From: an uncultured Planctomycetaceae bacterium
Lineage (GTDB): Bacteria > Planctomycetota > Phycisphaerae > SM23-33
Direction of reading: 5' to 3'
NCBI GenBank assembly: GCA_964536835.1
Contig: CAZIAZ010000003.1
Coordinates: 6,103 to 70,102 of the forward strand
Length of the DNA: 64,000 bases
The notes beneath the pieces were generated by a model, which worked only from the letters and a program-made list of their open reading frames with translations, did not search any database and was not told the DNA's origin. Both the position numbers and the translations under genes were made by a program. This document shows positions 59,121-64,000 of this stretch, in pieces; within the stretch, counting starts at the first letter, position 1; each line of letters starts with the position of its first letter.

Positions 59121-61217
59121 ATGTTCGAACGGATTCGAAAGCGTGACGGAAGTGTCGCCGGATTTTTGCCCGAAAAAATTTCAAGAGCCATTTTCAAGGC
59201 GGCTCAGGCTTGTGGGGGCAATGATTACGTCAAGGCTGAACAGTTATGCGGCCAGGTGCTGAAAATCGCTGAAGGGAAGTTCGGCTCTGACGCCGTACCT
59301 GAAGTTGAGAAAATTCAGGATATAATTGAAAAAGTTCTTATAGAGAACGGCCATGCCCAGACAGCCAAGGCGTTCATCCTCTACCGTGAAAAACGCAAAG
59401 GCGCCCGCCAGTTCAACGCCCTCGTAGGCGCCACGATAGACATGTTTAACAATTATCTACAGGATCGCGACTGGCAGGCAAAGGAAAACGCCAATACGCA
59501 GAAATCGATTAACGGGTTGAATAATTACGTTCGCGAGTTTTTTACCAAAAATTACTGGCTGTACGAAGTTTATCCTCGTGAAGTTCGTGAAGCCCACGAA
59601 ACCGGTGCAGCCCACATTCATGACCTTGGATTTCTTGGCGCGTATTGTGCCGGCTGGGATTTGCGTCAGCTTCTGATAGACGGGTTTGGCGGCGTTCCGG
59701 GCAAGTGCGAATCACGGCCAGCCCGCCATCTTCGCAGCTTTCTGGGCCAGATAATCAACTCCACCTTTACCACCCAGGGCGAATGTGCCGGCGCTCAGGC
59801 ATGGAGCAGTTTTGATACGTATTGCGCCCCCTTTATCCGGTATGACAGACTCACATATACGCAGGTGAAGCAGGCGCTGCAGGAATTCGTGTTCAATATC
59901 AACGTGCCTACCCGCGTTGGTTTTCAGTGCCCGTTCAGCAATCTTACGTTTGACCTGAAGCCGCCGGCGACTCTTCGCGACCAGGCGGTAATCGTCGGCG
60001 GAGAGATAAAACCGGACAAATACGGCGATTTCCAGGCTGAGATGGACATTTTCAACAAAGCCTTCTGCGAAGTCATGATGGAAGGCGATTCCAAAGGCAG
60101 GGTCTTTACCTTCCCCGTGCCGACGATAAACGTCACGCGCGATTTCGACTGGGATTCGCCGTCGGTCAATTCATTTATGGACGCGACGGCCAAATACGGC
60201 ATTCCGTACTTTGCCAATTACGTCAATTCCGACCTTGACCCTGAAGACGCCGTCAGCATGTGTTGCCGGCTGCGTTTGGATACCCGCGAATTGCGCAAAC
60301 GCGGCGGCGGCCTTTTCGGCAGCAATCCCATGACGGGTTCTATCGGCGTTTTTACCATCAATCTGCCGCGCATAGGTTATACGACGAAAACAAAAGAGGC
60401 ATTTCTGGCTCGCGTGACCGAGCTTATGCACGTCGGCAAAACGCAACTCGAAATCAAGCGGCGTATCGTCGAGGAGCAGACGGAGAACGGCCTTTATCCG
60501 TATTCGCAGTTCTACCTGAGGAACATCAAGCTCCGTACCGGCGAATACTGGACGAATCATTTCAACACCATCGGCTTGATTGGCATGAACGAAGCGATGC
60601 TCAATTTTATGGGCTGCGGCGTCGTGAGCCAGAAGGGTTTGGAGTTCGCGCTGGAAATCATGCAGCACATGCGCGATGAGCTGGCGAAGATACAGGAAGA
60701 GACCGGCCATATTTATAACCTTGAAGCCACTCCCGCCGAAGGTACGAGCTATCGCCTGGCCAAGCTAGACAGGGAACGATATCCTGAAATCATAACTGCC
60801 GGCGATGAAGTGCCTTACTATACAAATTCGTCTCAGCCGCCGGTCGGCTATACGGAAGATATTTTTGAAGTTCTGGAAAATCAGGATGAATTGCAGTCGA
60901 TGTATACCGGCGGAACGGTGCTGCATCTGTATCTCGGCCAGAAAGTTGAGAGTCCTGAGCTCTGCAAACGGCTGATACAGAAAATCTTCAAAAAATACAA
61001 ACTGCCGTATATATCGATTACGCCTACGTTCAGCATATGCAACCAGCACGGCTATATTGCGGGCGAGCATTACCATTGTCCGTATTGCGATTCAAAAACC
61101 GAGGTCTGGTCGCGCGTTACGGGCTATCTCCGGCCGATAGAAAATTATAACAAGGGCAAAAAAGCAGAGTATCTTGAACGTAAAAAATATGTAATGCCCA
61201 AGCTGGTTGAAGTGTGA
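59121..61217 (+). CDS. nrdD: Anaerobic ribonucleoside-triphosphate reductase (class III)
   Basis: An ATP-cone N-terminus is followed by the large catalytic core. The C-terminus has a Zn-ribbon (CPYCDS...C) and a glycyl-radical region (RVTGYLRP). AAGGAG provides an RBS. Confidence 0.9.
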   Translation: MFERIRKRDGSVAGFLPEKISRAIFKAAQACGGNDYVKAEQLCGQVLKIAEGKFGSDAVPEVEKIQDIIEKVLIENGHAQTAKAFILYREKRKGARQFNALVGATIDMFNNYLQDRDWQAKENANTQKSINGLNNYVREFFTKNYWLYEVYPREVREAHETGAAHIHDLGFLGAYCAGWDLRQLLIDGFGGVPGKCESRPARHLRSFLGQIINSTFTTQGECAGAQAWSSFDTYCAPFIRYDRLTYTQVKQALQEFVFNINVPTRVGFQCPFSNLTFDLKPPATLRDQAVIVGGEIKPDKYGDFQAEMDIFNKAFCEVMMEGDSKGRVFTFPVPTINVTRDFDWDSPSVNSFMDATAKYGIPYFANYVNSDLDPEDAVSMCCRLRLDTRELRKRGGGLFGSNPMTGSIGVFTINLPRIGYTTKTKEAFLARVTELMHVGKTQLEIKRRIVEEQTENGLYPYSQFYLRNIKLRTGEYWTNHFNTIGLIGMNEAMLNFMGCGVVSQKGLEFALEIMQHMRDELAKIQEETGHIYNLEATPAEGTSYRLAKLDRERYPEIITAGDEVPYYTNSSQPPVGYTEDIFEVLENQDELQSMYTGGTVLHLYLGQKVESPELCKRLIQKIFKKYKLPYISITPTFSICNQHGYIAGEHYHCPYCDSKTEVWSRVTGYLRPIENYNKGKKAEYLERKKYVMPKLVEV

Positions 61218-61301
61218 TGAATTCGGCAGCCGGATGCGGTAGTAGGGGTATATGGTTTCCGTGAGTTTTATTATTGTTTATAGCCGTTATGTGAATGATA
61301 T

Positions 61302-62072
61302 ATGAGAATAGCAGGGATAGAAAAAAGTTCGTTTGTGGATTATCCTGGCAGGCTGGCGACGGTGCTGTTTACGCCGGGCTGTAATCTTGACTGTTTTTAC
61401 TGTCATAACCGGCATTTGCTGGCTGCTCTTGACGAAGAAAAATTTTACGCTCCGCAGGATATTCTGAATTTTCTCAGGTCGCGGCAGGGGCTTATTGACG
61501 CAGTTGTGATATCCGGCGGCGAGCCCACTCTTCAAAACGACCTGTTCGAATTCATGTATCAGATTCGTCAGATGCGTTTTGAAATCAAGCTGGATACCAA
61601 CGGTTTGCGGCCCTGGATTGTCAAATCGCTCATTACGCACAAACTTGTCGATTTCATAGCGATGGACATAAAAGCGCCGCTGCATAAATATTTTCGCATA
61701 GTCAACAGTGATGTGCCGCAGGAAATTCTGCGGGAAAGCATAGACCTGATAATGTCCAGCAATGTCGAATATGAATTCCGCACGACGGTAGCCCCCATGC
61801 TTACCATGTCGGACATTCTGGATATTGCCACTATGATAAAAGGCGCTAAGCGCTACGCTCTTCAGCAATATCGTCAGCCAGGAACAGCCGTGGATATGTT
61901 TGGAGTGGTGAGATATCCTGACCCGCATCCGGTGAGTTTTCTGCATCAGGCGCATGAGCTTATAGCCAAATTTGTTCAGCATTGCGAAATTCGTGGCCTT
62001 GGCGGCGATCAGCCCAAACCGGTGACGTTGGCGTATGAACCTTCAGCCATAGACGAGCCGGTCAATTTTTAG
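61302..62072 (+). CDS. nrdG: Anaerobic ribonucleotide reductase activating protein (radical SAM)
   Basis: CNLDCFYCHN is the radical-SAM cluster motif. It lies immediately downstream of nrdD. The 256-aa length is long for NrdG. Its 3' end overlaps the convergent lectin-domain gene by 11 nt. Confidence 0.7.
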   Translation: MRIAGIEKSSFVDYPGRLATVLFTPGCNLDCFYCHNRHLLAALDEEKFYAPQDILNFLRSRQGLIDAVVISGGEPTLQNDLFEFMYQIRQMRFEIKLDTNGLRPWIVKSLITHKLVDFIAMDIKAPLHKYFRIVNSDVPQEILRESIDLIMSSNVEYEFRTTVAPMLTMSDILDIATMIKGAKRYALQQYRQPGTAVDMFGVVRYPDPHPVSFLHQAHELIAKFVQHCEIRGLGGDQPKPVTLAYEPSAIDEPVNF

Positions 62073-62715
62073 GTGGCATTTTTTCAGTTGGTTTTCCGGC
62101 CGGTGTTTGCGTGTCATATTCGACGACGAAAGAGATGACGTTGTTCTGATTGATGTCGTTCCATTGGCCGCCGCAGCCGATTCCTCCTCTAAGCGGCCAT
62201 TTTTCAGCCGCGATTGCTACTGCGTTTTGAGATGAGTTGTAATTGTCGGGCTCATGTCCCAATTTGCCGGCGCCCCAGTTGACGTACATCGAATCTACAG
62301 CATGGCCGGCGTGGCCGCCCGTCCAGAATTTTTGAGCAGATATTTTAGTGGAACTCGCCCAGTAGAATTCACCTTCGCTGGCCATGTCGTTGCCGCCCAG
62401 CCAAGCATAACAGGCTCCGCCGCCGTCTCGTGCGGCACTGCCGATGCCGCCGAGATAACCAGCCTTGTCAAATACTTTGTGTATTACAGAATATATGGCG
62501 GCATTTTCAGCGGCTGAATTCACGTTTGACAAATAACCTCTGGCGATGCCTATGGAAGTGGATGCCGCAAATTTTCTGGCGTCGTCCCATGTCCGCATGT
62601 CTTTTCCGAAATACAGCCTGTATGTATGGCCGCCGTATGTGAACGATTGATATTCTGCCCGAACCGGCGCAATAATTACGACACTGCACGCAATCAGGAT
62701 GATGATTATTTTCAT
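62062..62715 (-). CDS. Secreted C-type lectin-like domain (CTLD) protein
   Basis: The signal peptide is MKIIIILIACSVVIIAPVRA. CTLD landmarks are present: YRLYFGKDMRTWDDARKFA, AWLGGND...EGEFYW and a C-terminal CGGQWNDINQNNVISFVVEY (WND motif). Confidence 0.6.
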   Translation of the reverse strand: MKIIIILIACSVVIIAPVRAEYQSFTYGGHTYRLYFGKDMRTWDDARKFAASTSIGIARGYLSNVNSAAENAAIYSVIHKVFDKAGYLGGIGSAARDGGGACYAWLGGNDMASEGEFYWASSTKISAQKFWTGGHAGHAVDSMYVNWGAGKLGHEPDNYNSSQNAVAIAAEKWPLRGGIGCGGQWNDINQNNVISFVVEYDTQTPAGKPTEKMPPKN

Positions 62716-62782
62716 ATTCGCACCTTCATAAAACATTTTATAATATAAATTATAGCAGTCTGGGGAGGTTTTTGGGACTGTT

Positions 62783-62838
62783 CCGCAAAATTGCTCGATT
62801 TAGGCAACGCCCATGTTTTGGGGATAGGTTCTAGAATC
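62783..62838. repeat. Family-B intergenic repeat, segment 3, copy B
   Basis: The sequence caaaattgctcgatttaggcaacgcccatgttttggggataggttcta matches 30771-30826. Confidence 0.55.
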
Positions 62839-62928
62839 ACTAAGATTATATCAAAAAAGAGAATATCCTTTTGGCGGTTTTGCACGGTAATCGTACGTCT
62901 TTTTAGAAGTGATAGTTTTAGGTCGTTT

Positions 62929-63086
62929 AGAGCTTCTAACAAAATGATATTGCATTCGGCTTGTTGGTTGAATGTCTGGCGGCGTCAGGCTGCATCGCAA
63001 GCCCTATAAGGCTATCTGCTTCGCCTTCCTTGCCAGCCAATCAACCAACTACGCCTCGGTGCGACATCTCATTTTGTTAGAAGCTC
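62929..63086. repeat. Long palindromic element (19-bp perfect terminal inverted repeat enclosing family-B segments 1 and 2)
   Basis: AGAGCTTCTAACAAAATGA at 62929-62947 is the exact reverse complement of TCATTTTGTTAGAAGCTCT at 63068-63086. Nested inner inverted repeats occur (cttgttggttga / tcaaccaactac, and ctggc...gccag). The region shares the gcgtcaggctgcatcg and ctgcttcgccttccttgcc blocks with 30383-30440. Confidence 0.6.
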
Positions 63087-63179
63087 TTAATTAAGAGCGA
63101 TTTCACGCTCCATCTTAAACAGCGGTTCATGTACGTTCAGATTCACATTTTTCTTTAAATATTCAACGAAGTGGCATTA

Positions 63180-63746
63180 TTAACGATTGTGTCCATCAAG
63201 AGCATTTTGATGTTCGTTCCAGTATTCCATTGCGAAGAAAAGGCCGGCGTAGACTTTCAGGTCGACGACATGGCCGTGGGCTATCTTGTCATTCAGCCAT
63301 GTTCGAACATGGGCTAGCGGCACTTCGTAAACTTTAATGTTCTCGCCTTCTTCCGGATTGCCGCCGCCGTTGCCGACTTTTTTCAAGCCGGTCGCGAGAA
63401 GCATATGCACTTCCAGGGTGTTTGAGCCGGCGTTGGGGGCAGCTTTTATCGCAATGGTGATGTTTTTGGCGTCGTAGCCGGTTTCCTCGATAAGTTCGCG
63501 ACGAGCCGCCTCTATTATGTTTTCGTCTTTGATGTGTTCCTTGTCGCCTACCAACCCTGCCGGTATTTCAAAAACCTGCTTGTCAGCCGGCACACGGTAT
63601 TGCTCGATAAGTACCATCCTGCCGTCGTCGGTTACGGGGATAATCAAAACGACGTCGGAAAACCCCACCGGCTCTACATACTCCCAGCCTTTAGCCTTGA
63701 CCATACGATAATATTTACCCTCGCCCAATACTTCCTTGCTATGCAT
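63180..63746 (-). CDS. NUDIX hydrolase (ADP-ribose pyrophosphatase-like)
   Basis: The Nudix box is GDKEHIKDENIIEAARRELIEETG (GX5EX7REUXEEXGU). The length is 188 aa. Confidence 0.8.
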   Translation of the reverse strand: MHSKEVLGEGKYYRMVKAKGWEYVEPVGFSDVVLIIPVTDDGRMVLIEQYRVPADKQVFEIPAGLVGDKEHIKDENIIEAARRELIEETGYDAKNITIAIKAAPNAGSNTLEVHMLLATGLKKVGNGGGNPEEGENIKVYEVPLAHVRTWLNDKIAHGHVVDLKVYAGLFFAMEYWNEHQNALDGHNR

Positions 63747-64000
63747 TTATTATCACTCCATTGAATTCTTGCTGACGGCAGGGCGAAAAACTTGTATTTT
63801 TACGCCATTATTATTAAAATACCCCGCTTGATGTCTGGTTTCAAGAGTAATCAGCCTCAATATGGCCGTACAGCCGTAAAACAATGTGATTTTTATAATC
63901 CATCTCCAATGAATTGTCGCTGGCTGTGATTTTTTTAATGGATTTTGTCGGCGACATAGGCTGTACCCCGAATGAAAAATGTGAAAAACCAAAGTTTCCT

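Noticed and set aside
58843-59184. 113-aa minus-strand ORF in the nrdD upstream region
   Set aside because: The region is AT-rich and regulatory, and contains the NrdR-box match and a palindrome. The ORF overlaps the nrdD start and has no RBS or recognisable features.

Overview
This is a 64-kb window from a GC-rich (~57%) Gram-negative-type bacterium. The anaerobic gene content (nrdDG, a pflA-like activase) and the PEP-CTERM-style exopolysaccharide (EPS) genes suggest an anaerobic lineage; the taxon cannot be fixed from sequence alone. The main contents, in order:

(i) A + strand glycan-modification operon (2-7545): a 5'-truncated rimO, a DegT-family aminotransferase, a heparinase II/III-like protein, a GT4 glycosyltransferase, a FemAB-like protein and wecB.

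(ii) A housekeeping block: tex, a cobA/hemD fusion, rpoD, eno, dapF, an ABC-F ATPase, an HtrA-family protease, a PDZ lipoprotein, a pflA-like activase, an outer-membrane beta-barrel protein and an lptD-like protein.

(iii) A tightly packed minus-strand polysaccharide operon of about 20 kb and 16 genes (34123-54478): Wza, Wzz, an ExeA-like AAA ATPase fused to a BY-kinase domain, a FemAB-family protein, about ten glycosyltransferases, Wzx, a Wzy/O-antigen-ligase-like protein, a GT9 enzyme and a CapK/PaaK-like ligase. It carries hallmarks of exosortase/PEP-CTERM-associated EPS loci, but no exosortase, PEP-CTERM substrate or priming transferase lies in the window.

(iv) A divergent partner-switching module (a PAS-PP2C-HATPase fusion plus a STAS antagonist), a CYTH protein, an isolated rpmH (missed by the ORF track, <60 aa), nrdD-nrdG with a candidate NrdR box, a bacterial C-type-lectin-domain protein and a NUDIX hydrolase.

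Non-coding highlights: three nearly identical 158-bp MITE-like elements flanked by TA dinucleotides sit in intergenic regions at 14302, 23676 and 30208. A second composite intergenic repeat family occurs at ~30380-30826 and ~62783-63036, and a 19-bp perfect inverted repeat encloses a long hairpin at 62929-63086. No tRNA, rRNA or CRISPR array was found.
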